A DNA stretch of 49,809 nt from assembly GCA_964524405.1 (NCBI GenBank), contig CAZGDC010000001.1, positions 1 to 49,809 of the forward strand, read 5' to 3'. Numbering within the stretch: position 1 is the first letter of the stretch; every line of letters starts with the position of its first letter. Source of the DNA: an uncultured Roseivirgaceae bacterium (GTDB lineage: Bacteria; Bacteroidota; Bacteroidia; Cytophagales; Cyclobacteriaceae). A model generated the notes under the pieces. The model had not been told where the DNA came from. It ran no database searches and saw only the letters and a list, made by a program, of their open reading frames with translations. Position numbers and translations under genes: made by a program. Below are positions 37,535 to 46,678 of this stretch, piece by piece.

Positions 37535-38128
37535 ATGACGGAGCTATTTAAAAAGTATTTACCCATAAATGCTGTTAACTATTGTATAAACATAAGTGAG
37601 AAATACAATTACACATTGGGTTTAGGTGCTAATAGAAAATCGAAATTTGGGCACTATAAATATTCGCCTCAAACTAAATCTCATTCCATTTCAATTAATA
37701 GAGACCTTTCTCCGCAGCTATTTTTAATTACATACATTCACGAATTGGCGCACCTAGATGTAATGATAAATTTCGGAAGAAACCCAAAGCCTCACGGTAA
37801 GGAGTGGAAAAATACTTTTAGAAAATTATTAGTCCCATTATTGACTCGTAACATTTTTGATACACACTTGCTTTCTGCACTCGCAATGCACCTTAAAAAC
37901 CCAAAAGCATCATTAGCAGCTGACCCACGGTTGTGGGCAATACTTTTCCCTAATAAAGATAATTCGGAAATTTTTGTTAAAGATATTGAAGATGGGGAAG
38001 CCTTTATTTTTAGAGATAGGCATTTTAAAAAAATAAAATCACGCAGAACACGTGCATTATGCTTGGAAGAAAAATCTGGAAATAATTACTTAATTCCGCT
38101 TTTGGCAAAAATTAAAAAAGGTGGTTAA
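37535..38128 (+). CDS. SprT-like zinc-metalloprotease domain protein
   Basis: HELAH (HExxH) within ITYIHELAHLDV, 197 aa. Confidence 0.72.
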   Translation: MTELFKKYLPINAVNYCINISEKYNYTLGLGANRKSKFGHYKYSPQTKSHSISINRDLSPQLFLITYIHELAHLDVMINFGRNPKPHGKEWKNTFRKLLVPLLTRNIFDTHLLSALAMHLKNPKASLAADPRLWAILFPNKDNSEIFVKDIEDGEAFIFRDRHFKKIKSRRTRALCLEEKSGNNYLIPLLAKIKKGG

Positions 38129-38964
38129 AAAAGGTGATTTCTTAGATGATAATTTACTAAACTATCTCCAGGAGACTTTAGTACAACCTTTAGTGTTAAC
38201 CCATACTTATTTAAACTAACTCGAATATACTCTTCAAAATAAAAGGCGATAGAACCTACCAAATACACCTCTACTTCTGATTTATAGAGCCTTAATACCC
38301 TAGTGAAGGCATCTATTTCATTTTCTATTATATTGCTAATTTCTTCCTCTTTTTTATACGCATGCAACACCTTTGAGCAAGAAGCTACGAATCGATTTGG
38401 CCAATCTGAGCGATATACCTTAGTTATAATTTCATCATATTCCATGCCAAGGTCTTTATAAATAGCCGCTGATAATTTTGGTGACAATTGGTTTCGTAGT
38501 AATTGCTTTAGTAAAGCCTTACCAAGGGCTGCTCCACTGCCTTCATCCCCCAAAATAAATCCAAGTGGTTTAATATGCTCTTTAATGGCTTGTCCATCAT
38601 AAACACAACTGTTCGACCCTGTGCCTAAAATAGCTACAACTCCTTTATTATTACCACAAGTTGCTCGCGCGGCCGCTAAAAGATCAGATTCTACCATTAT
38701 ATTAGCTACTGTAAAAACAGACTTTAACCAAAATTGAGTTTTTATTTTCACCTCACCGGTGCCGCAGCCTGCACCATAAAACCAAAATTCTGTTACTATA
38801 TTACACCAATTTGCAGGTATAGAAGACAAAATATTGGCGCAAAATTTATCTTGAGAAAGAAATAGTGGATTTAAGCCTGAAGAAAAAATTCGTTGCTGTA
38901 AACCAAACTGGTTAAATAAAATCCACTCTGTTTTGGTGGAACCACTATCTACTACTAACCACAT
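38125..38964 (-). CDS. BadF/BadG/BcrA/BcrD-type ATPase (N-acetylglucosamine-kinase-like)
   Basis: ASKHA-fold phosphate motifs (LVVDSGSTKTEW and AILGTGSNS). Confidence 0.8.
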   Translation of the reverse strand: MWLVVDSGSTKTEWILFNQFGLQQRIFSSGLNPLFLSQDKFCANILSSIPANWCNIVTEFWFYGAGCGTGEVKIKTQFWLKSVFTVANIMVESDLLAAARATCGNNKGVVAILGTGSNSCVYDGQAIKEHIKPLGFILGDEGSGAALGKALLKQLLRNQLSPKLSAAIYKDLGMEYDEIITKVYRSDWPNRFVASCSKVLHAYKKEEEISNIIENEIDAFTRVLRLYKSEVEVYLVGSIAFYFEEYIRVSLNKYGLTLKVVLKSPGDSLVNYHLRNHLF

Positions 38965-39203
38965 TAATTTTCGAGTTTACCTATCCTATTAAATTTAGCA
39001 AATACTTTATTAGTATGGGGGGCATCTTTCAACTCTTCGGTCAAATCTTGCCCAGCCCAATGCTCATAATGCTTGCCATTGCGCCATAATTTAGATTCGC
39101 TCATATCATAAATTAATCCTTTATAAGCCACCCAAATATCTTCCCTATCATTGCCATTGCGTAACGCAAGTTGTGATTTCGAATAAATCTTGTCCTTTTC
39201 CAA
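38964..39203 (-). CDS. Cytochrome b5-like heme/steroid-binding domain protein
   Basis: 79 aa. The pattern VAYKGLIYDMSESKLWRNGKHYEHWAGQDLTEELKDAPH resembles the small bacterial b5-like family. Confidence 0.65.
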   Translation of the reverse strand: MEKDKIYSKSQLALRNGNDREDIWVAYKGLIYDMSESKLWRNGKHYEHWAGQDLTEELKDAPHTNKVFAKFNRIGKLEN

Positions 39204-39206
39204 ATG

Positions 39207-40337
39207 CTATAATTTATTTTTAGTTGCGTGGTCTTCTACTTGCTGCCAAACCCTAAAGGTGTTTTTATTGCAAATTTTCTCAATATCTTCCTCAGAGTAA
39301 CCTCTTTTCAAGAGCTCATAAATTACATTTGGCAATTGCGATACATCTTTTACATCTTCGGGCAAATCACCAACTCCATCAAAATCAGAGCCGAATGCTA
39401 CATGATCAATTCCTGCTAATTCTACCACTCTGTCCACATTATCAGCTATTTGTGAAGCCTTAGCAAAATAAGTAGTGTCTCTATCCTCTTGCGCAAAGGC
39501 AGGATCGAGAAAGAAAGAGCCAAAGTTGATATGTATTACTCCTCCATTTTTAGCTAGCGCTTTAATCATTTTGTCTGACATATTGCGCTCCATACCTGGC
39601 GTAAAATGCCTACAGCTTGAATGAGAAGCGATTACAGGCACCTTCGCAATTTTTAAAACATCATAAAATGCACTATCGCTTACATGAGAAATATCAACCA
39701 TAATACCAATACGGTTCATTTCGGCAACAAGTTCTTCCCCAAACTCGCTAAGCCCATTCCATAACCGAATGCTATCGTAGGAGGAATCTGAAATATGGTT
39801 TGCCTTGGCATGCGTTAACGTGATATATCGTATGCCTCGATTATAGAAATAGCTTACATTCTTTAAATCGTGCTCAATAGGCGCCCCATTCTCCATCCCC
39901 ATTGGTAAAGAAATAAGCCCCTTGGCAAACTGTTCTTTAATTTGAATTGGGTTAGTAGCTATTGCAAACTTTTCTGGGTTGTCACTCACAATTTTTTCAA
40001 CTAAATCAATTAAGCTATCTGCTAATAATTTTGCTCCATTATCTTCCTTATTCGAAGGAATGTAAATTGACATAAAGGGTGCATCTAGCCCCCCTTCTTT
40101 GGCTCTCACATAATCAAAATGGCCATTTTCGGTACGTACCGAAATATCTTCCGGGTTGTGCCACAACCTATAAGGAATATCAACATGGCCATCTACAATA
40201 ATGAATTTATGCGCTAAAGAGTCGGCCAACGCATGAAGCTCCGTATCGGTAAGTGTTTTTTCCTCTTCTGCCTCTTTTTGTTGGCAAGAGAAAATTACAA
40301 GGATAGAAATCGAGAAAATGTAGAATAGATGTTTCAT
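39207..40337 (-). CDS. Membrane dipeptidase (peptidase M19), lipoprotein or secreted
   Basis: DGHVDIPYRL, HVSD and FGSDFDG motifs. Start placed at MKHLFYIFSISILVIFSC, whereas the track ORF extends to 40409. Confidence 0.9.
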   Translation of the reverse strand: MKHLFYIFSISILVIFSCQQKEAEEEKTLTDTELHALADSLAHKFIIVDGHVDIPYRLWHNPEDISVRTENGHFDYVRAKEGGLDAPFMSIYIPSNKEDNGAKLLADSLIDLVEKIVSDNPEKFAIATNPIQIKEQFAKGLISLPMGMENGAPIEHDLKNVSYFYNRGIRYITLTHAKANHISDSSYDSIRLWNGLSEFGEELVAEMNRIGIMVDISHVSDSAFYDVLKIAKVPVIASHSSCRHFTPGMERNMSDKMIKALAKNGGVIHINFGSFFLDPAFAQEDRDTTYFAKASQIADNVDRVVELAGIDHVAFGSDFDGVGDLPEDVKDVSQLPNVIYELLKRGYSEEDIEKICNKNTFRVWQQVEDHATKNKL

Positions 40338-40415
40338 TAGTGTGATATTTACATCAAGAATAATGATTTGGATTAAGATAAAAAAATGAAACTCATTCAT
40401 TACAATCAATAAAGT

Positions 40416-41216
40416 ATGAGCAGGGCTTTAAAAATTGATTTTATTGGAGCTGGAAATTTAGCTTGGAACTTAGCTCCAGCGTTAGAACGGTGCGGTGCAT
40501 CGGTAATAAATATTTATAGCCAAAATATAAAAAATGCTGCAAAATTAGCGGGTAAGCTATATGAAGGACAAGTAAAAGAAGAGTTGGATTTTTCAAACAC
40601 CGGTACAGATATTATAATTATTGCCGTAGCCGATGATGCCATTGAAGATATTGCTAAAGAAATTATATTAACAAACGATGTTATCGTTGTTCATACCTCT
40701 GGATCTGTTTCTATAACCACCCTTGGGTATTTAGCAACCTCTAATATTGGTGTATTCTACCCTTTGCAAACATTTACTAAAAACCAATTGATTGATTTTA
40801 GTAACATACCAATATGTATTGAAGCGGAGAATAAATTAACAAATAGTGTATTAACGAAGTTAGCAAAGTCCTTGTCTTCCAACGTATTATCAATATCTTC
40901 TTCTCAAAGGCAACAATTGCATCTTGCGGCTGTTTTTAGTAATAATTTTACTAATTGGCTTCTCACTCAATCTCATAGCATTTTAAAAAAAGCCAACTTA
41001 GATCTTTCCATTTTGCAACCCTTGCTAGAGCAATCCATTTCAAAAGCCATAGAATTTGGCCCTAGTAATGTACAAACTGGCCCTGCAAAAAGGCAGGATT
41101 TTGAAGTGCTGGATAAACATTTAGAGCTTTTATCCAACAACCAGAATCAACAAGAGATATACAAAATTATTTCGCAGCAAATTGTAGATCATTACCAAGA
41201 AGATACCGATGAATAG
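40416..41216 (+). CDS. Rossmann-fold NAD(P)-binding protein with a DUF2520-like C-terminal domain
   Basis: IDFIGAGNLAWNL dinucleotide-binding loop. The C-terminal half (LHLAAVFSNNFTN...GPAKRQD) is typical of DUF2520. Confidence 0.75.
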   Translation: MSRALKIDFIGAGNLAWNLAPALERCGASVINIYSQNIKNAAKLAGKLYEGQVKEELDFSNTGTDIIIIAVADDAIEDIAKEIILTNDVIVVHTSGSVSITTLGYLATSNIGVFYPLQTFTKNQLIDFSNIPICIEAENKLTNSVLTKLAKSLSSNVLSISSSQRQQLHLAAVFSNNFTNWLLTQSHSILKKANLDLSILQPLLEQSISKAIEFGPSNVQTGPAKRQDFEVLDKHLELLSNNQNQQEIYKIISQQIVDHYQEDTDE

Positions 41217-42051
41217 TTTTTTTCAACTTCTAAAATTGATTAGGTATCAAAACCTCGCCATTATTGCATTTACCCAATTTATGGTTGCCCTATTTTTAAT
41301 TGATAGTACTTTACTTTTAGAAGTGTTTACCTCAACAAGTTTATATTTAGTGGTAATTTCTACGATTTTTATAGCCGCAGCGGGCTACTTAATAAACGAT
41401 TATTACGATATTAAAATAGATTATGTAAATAAACCAAGCCGTGTTGTAATAGGTAAACATATTAAGAGGCAGCAAGTTATTATTTTTCACACTACGTTCA
41501 ACTTTATTGGCATTTTGTTGGGAGCAACCGTTTCGTGGTGGATAATGGGTGTTAATTTGATTGCCGCTTTTTTATTATGGCTCTACTCAAATCAATTAAA
41601 ACGCTTGCCTTTATGGGGAAATATTACCGTTAGTTTATTAACTAGCCTATCCGTTTTTATTATTTATATTTTATATCGAACAAATCTTAACATTATTTTA
41701 ATTTATGCCGCTTTCGCATTTTTTATGACCTTAATAAGGGAAATAATAAAAGATATGGAAGATGTGGAAGGAGACGAGAAATTTGGTTGTAAAACACTCC
41801 CCATTTCTATAGGGATGCCAGCATCTAAAAAAATTATTTATTTTATTAATGCTCTATTTTTAGGTGCCGTTTTTATAATTACTAAAGATTGGCATATATT
41901 TTTACCTTTTTTACTATCGTTGTTAATTATTCTTAGTTTTCTTAGTTTTCAGATATCAAAAGCTGATAAAAAATTAGATTATAAATCCATCAGCCAATTG
42001 GTGAAAATTATAATGCTAGTAGGCATTTCAAGTATGATCTTTTTAAAATGA
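41209..42051 (+). CDS. UbiA-family prenyltransferase, DGGGP-synthase/chlorophyll-synthase-like subfamily
   Basis: NDYYDIKID (NxxxDxxxD) and KDMEDVEGDEKFGCKTLP second Asp-rich motif, about 8 TM helices, 8-nt overlap with the upstream gene. Confidence 0.85.
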   Translation: MNSFFQLLKLIRYQNLAIIAFTQFMVALFLIDSTLLLEVFTSTSLYLVVISTIFIAAAGYLINDYYDIKIDYVNKPSRVVIGKHIKRQQVIIFHTTFNFIGILLGATVSWWIMGVNLIAAFLLWLYSNQLKRLPLWGNITVSLLTSLSVFIIYILYRTNLNIILIYAAFAFFMTLIREIIKDMEDVEGDEKFGCKTLPISIGMPASKKIIYFINALFLGAVFIITKDWHIFLPFLLSLLIILSFLSFQISKADKKLDYKSISQLVKIIMLVGISSMIFLK

Positions 42052-42641
42052 CAAATACTCCAATCAACATTACAATTTTTGCATCGGGTAGTGGCACTAA
42101 CGCACAAGCTATTTTTGAGTACTTTAAAAACAATAATGATGTTAAAATTAAAAGTCTCTATGCTAATAATGCAAATGCTTATGCATTAACACGAGCTAAA
42201 AATGAAGGAATAAAAGCTAGTTCATTTAATAAAAATGATTTTTACAACTCTAAAACAGTGTTTAATCAACTTATTTCAGATCAAATTGACCTTATTATTT
42301 TAGCAGGATTTATGTGGTTGGTACCTCAAAAATTTATTGCTAATTTTATCATTTTAAATATTCATCCTGCACTTTTACCAAACTATGGGGGCAAAGGAAT
42401 GTACGGCCATTTTGTGCACGAATCCATCATTAATAATAAAGAAAAAGAGTCTGGCATAACCATTCATTACGTAAATAATGAATACGACAAAGGGGCTATT
42501 ATTTACCAAGCCAAGTGCCCAATAACTTTAGCTGATACAGCTGATTCGTTAGCTGCCAAAATTCACAAACTAGAACATCAGTACTACCCTAAAACCATTT
42601 TAATGGTTGTTAAAAAATTAATTAAGAGCAGGTTAAATTAA
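42048..42641 (+). CDS. purN: Phosphoribosylglycinamide formyltransferase
   Basis: IFASGSGTNAQAI and LNIHPALLPNYGGKGMYG motifs, ATGA overlap with the upstream gene. Confidence 0.93.
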   Translation: MTNTPINITIFASGSGTNAQAIFEYFKNNNDVKIKSLYANNANAYALTRAKNEGIKASSFNKNDFYNSKTVFNQLISDQIDLIILAGFMWLVPQKFIANFIILNIHPALLPNYGGKGMYGHFVHESIINNKEKESGITIHYVNNEYDKGAIIYQAKCPITLADTADSLAAKIHKLEHQYYPKTILMVVKKLIKSRLN

Positions 42642-42655
42642 CAGCTAAAAACAGG

Positions 42656-42663
42656 TACTTTTG
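42656..42663 (+). promoter_or_regulatory. Bacteroidota -7 promoter box TACTTTTG (purH)
   Basis: Exact TAnnTTTG match 18 nt upstream of ATG 42682. Confidence 0.4.
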
Positions 42664-42681
42664 CAACTTAATATTTTTTTA

Positions 42682-44205
42682 ATGCAAAAGAAAATCGCTT
42701 CCGCTCTTATCTCCGTATTTCATAAAGATGCCCTAGCTCCAATCATTCGAAAATTAGATGCCATGGATGTAAAGCTATACTCTACTGGAGGCACTTTATT
42801 GTTTATCAAGGAGTTAGGGATTGAGGCAACCCCTGTTGAAGAGTTAACAGGTTACCCTTCCATTTTTGGAGGCCGAGTAAAAACCTTACATCCCACAGTA
42901 TTTGGAGGTATTTTATATCGTAGAGATAATGTTGAAGATGTGGCACAAGCCACTGCGCATGGCATTCCTCCCATCGACCTAACTATTGTGGATTTATATC
43001 CATTTGAAGAAACGGTGAATAGTGGAGCAACCGATGAGGATATTATTGAAAAAATAGACATCGGTGGTATCTCTTTAATTAGAGCTGCCGCTAAAAACCA
43101 TAAAGATGCGTTAATAGTAAGCTCCAGAGAACAATACAAAGAGCTACTTCAAATTCTCGAAACTAGTAGTGGTACTACTTCCTTAACCGAGCGAAAAAGG
43201 TTTGCCGCTTATGCTTTTAATGTAAGCTCGCATTACGATACAGCTATATTTAACTATTTTAACAAAGAAAAAGATATACCTGCTTTTAAAAATAGTATTA
43301 CTACCAGTAAAACGTTGCGATACGGAGAGAACCCACATCAACAAGGTGTATTTTTTGGTGATTTAGAAAAAATTTTCGAACAACTACACGGTAAAGAAAT
43401 ATCCTACAATAATTTAGTAGATATTGAAGCGGCCATCAGCCTTATAAAAGAATTTGAAGGAGAGACTGCTTTTGCCATACTTAAACACACTAATGCCTGT
43501 GGTGTTGCTACCGCAAGCAGCACAAAAGAAGCCTATTTAAAGGCATTTGAAGCCGATACGCTTTCAGCTTTTGGAGGAGTGCTTATTGCTAATACTGAAA
43601 TTGATACTGAAACTGCCAACGAAATTAACAACCTCTTTTTTGAAGTGCTCATTGCTCCTTCATTTAACGCAGAATCTCTTGAGATACTTACATCGAAAAA
43701 AAACAGAGTGCTTCTGCAATTAAAACAATATCCTAAGGCTAAAGTTATATTTAAATCGCTGCTAGGAGGAGTAATTCAGCAAACAGCCAATAACACAACT
43801 GATAACCAAGATGGATTAACCACTGCAACTAAAAAGCAACCAACACTTGAAGAAATAAACGATTTATTAGTTGCATCAAAAATTTGCAAGCATACAAAAT
43901 CAAATGCCATTGTATTGGTTAAAAACGGGCAGATGCTATCAAGCGGTATAGGACAAACCTCTCGTGTAGATGCATTGCAACAAGCCATAAAGAAAGCCGA
44001 AACCTTTGGATTTTCGGTAGATGGAGCAGCCTTAGCTTCAGATGCTTTTTTTCCATTTGCAGATAGTGTTGAAGCCGCAAGCAAAGCGGGCATCACTTCC
44101 ATTATTCAGCCAGGCGGCTCAAAAAAAGACCAAGATTCTATCGATTATTGCAATAATCACAATATCTCAATGGTTTTTACAGGAACAAGGCACTTTAAAC
44201 ATTAA
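42682..44205 (+). CDS. purH: Bifunctional AICAR formyltransferase / IMP cyclohydrolase
   Basis: ALISVFHKD, GGRVKTLHP and LRYGENPHQ motifs. Start placed at MQKKIASA. Confidence 0.96.
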   Translation: MQKKIASALISVFHKDALAPIIRKLDAMDVKLYSTGGTLLFIKELGIEATPVEELTGYPSIFGGRVKTLHPTVFGGILYRRDNVEDVAQATAHGIPPIDLTIVDLYPFEETVNSGATDEDIIEKIDIGGISLIRAAAKNHKDALIVSSREQYKELLQILETSSGTTSLTERKRFAAYAFNVSSHYDTAIFNYFNKEKDIPAFKNSITTSKTLRYGENPHQQGVFFGDLEKIFEQLHGKEISYNNLVDIEAAISLIKEFEGETAFAILKHTNACGVATASSTKEAYLKAFEADTLSAFGGVLIANTEIDTETANEINNLFFEVLIAPSFNAESLEILTSKKNRVLLQLKQYPKAKVIFKSLLGGVIQQTANNTTDNQDGLTTATKKQPTLEEINDLLVASKICKHTKSNAIVLVKNGQMLSSGIGQTSRVDALQQAIKKAETFGFSVDGAALASDAFFPFADSVEAASKAGITSIIQPGGSKKDQDSIDYCNNHNISMVFTGTRHFKH

Positions 44206-44211
44206 AATGGG

Positions 44212-44239
44212 TTTGTTTTAAACTTATTTTTAAAACAAA
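44212..44239 (+). terminator. Weak AT-rich hairpin after purH (possible terminator)
   Basis: Perfect 11-bp inverted repeat (tttgttttaaa / tttaaaacaaa) with a 6-nt loop, followed by a T-rich tract. The stem has only one G:C pair. Confidence 0.3.
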
Positions 44240-44311
44240 TTTGTATTTTAGTCAGCTTGTAAAATAATACAATTTTAAATTTTATTTAACTACTAATATT
44301 TAACAACTAGC

Positions 44312-45340
44312 ATGGGTTTTTTTAATTTTTTCTCAAGTGATCTTGCCATCGATTTAGGAACCGCAAACACATTAATTATTAAAGATGATAAAATTGTGGT
44401 GGATGAGCCTTCGATTATTGCCATCGATCGTGGTTCTAATAAAGTATTGGCCATTGGTAGGCAAGCGATGCAAATGCACGAAAAAACGCACGATAATATT
44501 CGCACAATTCGTCCTTTAAAAGATGGTGTAATTGCAGATTTTCATGCAGCTGAGCAGATGATTAGAGGTATGATTAAGATGATTGATGAAGGAAGCAGGA
44601 GTATTTTTCCTAAAAGTCATCGAATGGTTATTTGTATTCCATCAGGCATTACCGAAGTAGAAAAAAGAGCCGTACGAGATTCTGCTGAGCATGCTGGCGC
44701 CAAGGAAGTTTATATGATTTATGAGCCTATTGCGGCAGCTATTGGCACAGGCATTGATATTGAAGAACCCATGGGTTCTATGATTGTAGATATTGGTGGC
44801 GGAACTACTGAAATTGCTGTTATTGCGCTTTCAGGCATTGTAAGTAATCAATCCATCAGAATTGCTGGAGATACATTTAATAAAGACATTCTTGATTATA
44901 TGCGCAGGCAGCATAATTTATTAATTGGAGAGCGATCTGCAGAACGAGTTAAAATAGAAATAGGTTCAGCCCTTACAGAACTTGATGATCCCCCTGGAGA
45001 CTATGAAATAAGAGGTAGAGATTTAATGACAGGCATTCCGAAGGTAATTAAAGCTTCTTATTCAGAAATTGCTTTTGCCTTAGATAAGTCGGTTTCAAAA
45101 GTAGAGGAGGCTGTACTAAAAGCATTAGAGATATCTCCACCAGAGCTTTCGGCCGATATTTATGACCGAGGCATACATCTAACTGGGGGTGGAGCCTCAC
45201 TTAGAGGTTTAAGTAAGCGATTAGCCCTTAAAACTAAACTTCCAATTCATGTGGTAGAAGACCCTTTAAAAGCAGTAGTTAGAGGAACTGGCATTGCCAT
45301 GAAAAACCTGAAGCAGTACAAGCCTGTGCTAATGACATAA
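44312..45340 (+). CDS. mreB: Rod shape-determining protein MreB
   Basis: DLGTANT, VICIPSG and DIGGGTTE actin-fold motifs. Confidence 0.97.
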   Translation: MGFFNFFSSDLAIDLGTANTLIIKDDKIVVDEPSIIAIDRGSNKVLAIGRQAMQMHEKTHDNIRTIRPLKDGVIADFHAAEQMIRGMIKMIDEGSRSIFPKSHRMVICIPSGITEVEKRAVRDSAEHAGAKEVYMIYEPIAAAIGTGIDIEEPMGSMIVDIGGGTTEIAVIALSGIVSNQSIRIAGDTFNKDILDYMRRQHNLLIGERSAERVKIEIGSALTELDDPPGDYEIRGRDLMTGIPKVIKASYSEIAFALDKSVSKVEEAVLKALEISPPELSADIYDRGIHLTGGGASLRGLSKRLALKTKLPIHVVEDPLKAVVRGTGIAMKNLKQYKPVLMT

Positions 45341-45350
45341 CCGTTAACAA

Positions 45351-46163
45351 ATGCGCAGTTTATTTCTGTTTCTATACAAATACAGAGCTTTTTTAGTTTT
45401 TATTATTCTTCAAGCGGCTGCTCTATTTTTGGTAGTGCAAAACTCCAATTATAATCGAGCAACGTTCTTCAACTCTACAAACACACTCATTGGTAGCGTT
45501 TTAGAAACTTCAAATAATATTAGCAGCTTCATTAACTTGGTAAAGGCCAACGAACGCATAAATAAAGAAAATGTAATGCTTAGGGCAAAATACTATGCTT
45601 TATTAAATCAGTTTGATAAAAACACCGAAATTGACACCTTAGGCAGTTTTAGTTTTATACATTCTAAAATAATTAAAAATAATGTTTCCCTTCTCAATAA
45701 CACTATCACCATTAATTCGGGTCGTAATCAGGGAGTTAAACCAGGAATGGGTGTTATTGGCAATAGAGGGATTGTAGGTAAAGTAAAAAGAACTGGCGAT
45801 AACTATTCTACCGTTGTTTCTTTATTAGATGTTGATGTGAGTGTATCTGCTGAGATAAAAAACAAAATTAATTTATGTACCGTACAGTGGGATGGGCGGG
45901 CTTCAAATCTTGCAAAAGTACTATATGTGCCTCGGCATTATAAACTACAAAAAGGCGATTCTGTTTTTACAAGTGGGTATAATGCCGTGTATCCAAAGGG
46001 AATTCCAATAGGGACCATTAGCAACCTAAGCTTGCCAGAAGAAGCTACTTTTTACGAAATCGAAATTCGACTCGTAAACGATTTCAGTAGCCTTTCTTTA
46101 GTAGAAGTAGTAGTAAATAAAGATTTACCTCAATTAGATTCATTACTAAGCACGGAAGAGTGA
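45351..46163 (+). CDS. mreC: Rod shape-determining protein MreC
   Basis: N-terminal TM helix plus a coiled coil, then beta domains (GVKPGMGVIG..GIVGKV, FTSGYNAVYPKGIPIG). Its position in the mre operon supports the call. Confidence 0.9.
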   Translation: MRSLFLFLYKYRAFLVFIILQAAALFLVVQNSNYNRATFFNSTNTLIGSVLETSNNISSFINLVKANERINKENVMLRAKYYALLNQFDKNTEIDTLGSFSFIHSKIIKNNVSLLNNTITINSGRNQGVKPGMGVIGNRGIVGKVKRTGDNYSTVVSLLDVDVSVSAEIKNKINLCTVQWDGRASNLAKVLYVPRHYKLQKGDSVFTSGYNAVYPKGIPIGTISNLSLPEEATFYEIEIRLVNDFSSLSLVEVVVNKDLPQLDSLLSTEE

Positions 46164-46678
46164 ACAAAGAAACCATCATAAAATTTATAACCTTCTTTGG
46201 CTATTTGCTATTGCAAGTTTTTCTTTTTAATAAAATGGTTTTGCTCGGCAATGGATTTGCTTTTGTATATGTAGGCTTTTTGCTCACCTTTCAATTCGAG
46301 CTTGGCATAATTGCTGCTATGCTCATTGGTTTTGCCACTGGAATTTCCGTAGATATTTTTTCCAACACATTGGGCATACATGCCTCTGCCTCGGTATTAT
46401 TAATGTATTTACGCCCTGTATTTTTTAATTTATTTACACCACATGGAGGCTACCTTGCTGGTGCTAAGCCCACTCCATCGGTTATGGGGTTAAGTTGGTT
46501 TTCAACGTACACCTTCATTCTAATCTTTTTACACCATTCAATGCTTTTTTTAGTAGAAGCTGGAGGGTTTCACATGTTTTTTTACACCTTACAAAAAATT
46601 ATTTTATCAACGCTTTTTACTTTTAGTATCGTAATAATCATCCAATACTTATTTGCAAAAAAGAAGGGAAGTAGATGA
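46160..46678 (+). CDS. mreD: Rod shape-determining protein MreD
   Basis: Polytopic 172-aa membrane protein. The GTG start overlaps the mreC stop, and it sits between mreC and mrdA. Confidence 0.8.
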   Translation: MNKETIIKFITFFGYLLLQVFLFNKMVLLGNGFAFVYVGFLLTFQFELGIIAAMLIGFATGISVDIFSNTLGIHASASVLLMYLRPVFFNLFTPHGGYLAGAKPTPSVMGLSWFSTYTFILIFLHHSMLFLVEAGGFHMFFYTLQKIILSTLFTFSIVIIIQYLFAKKKGSR

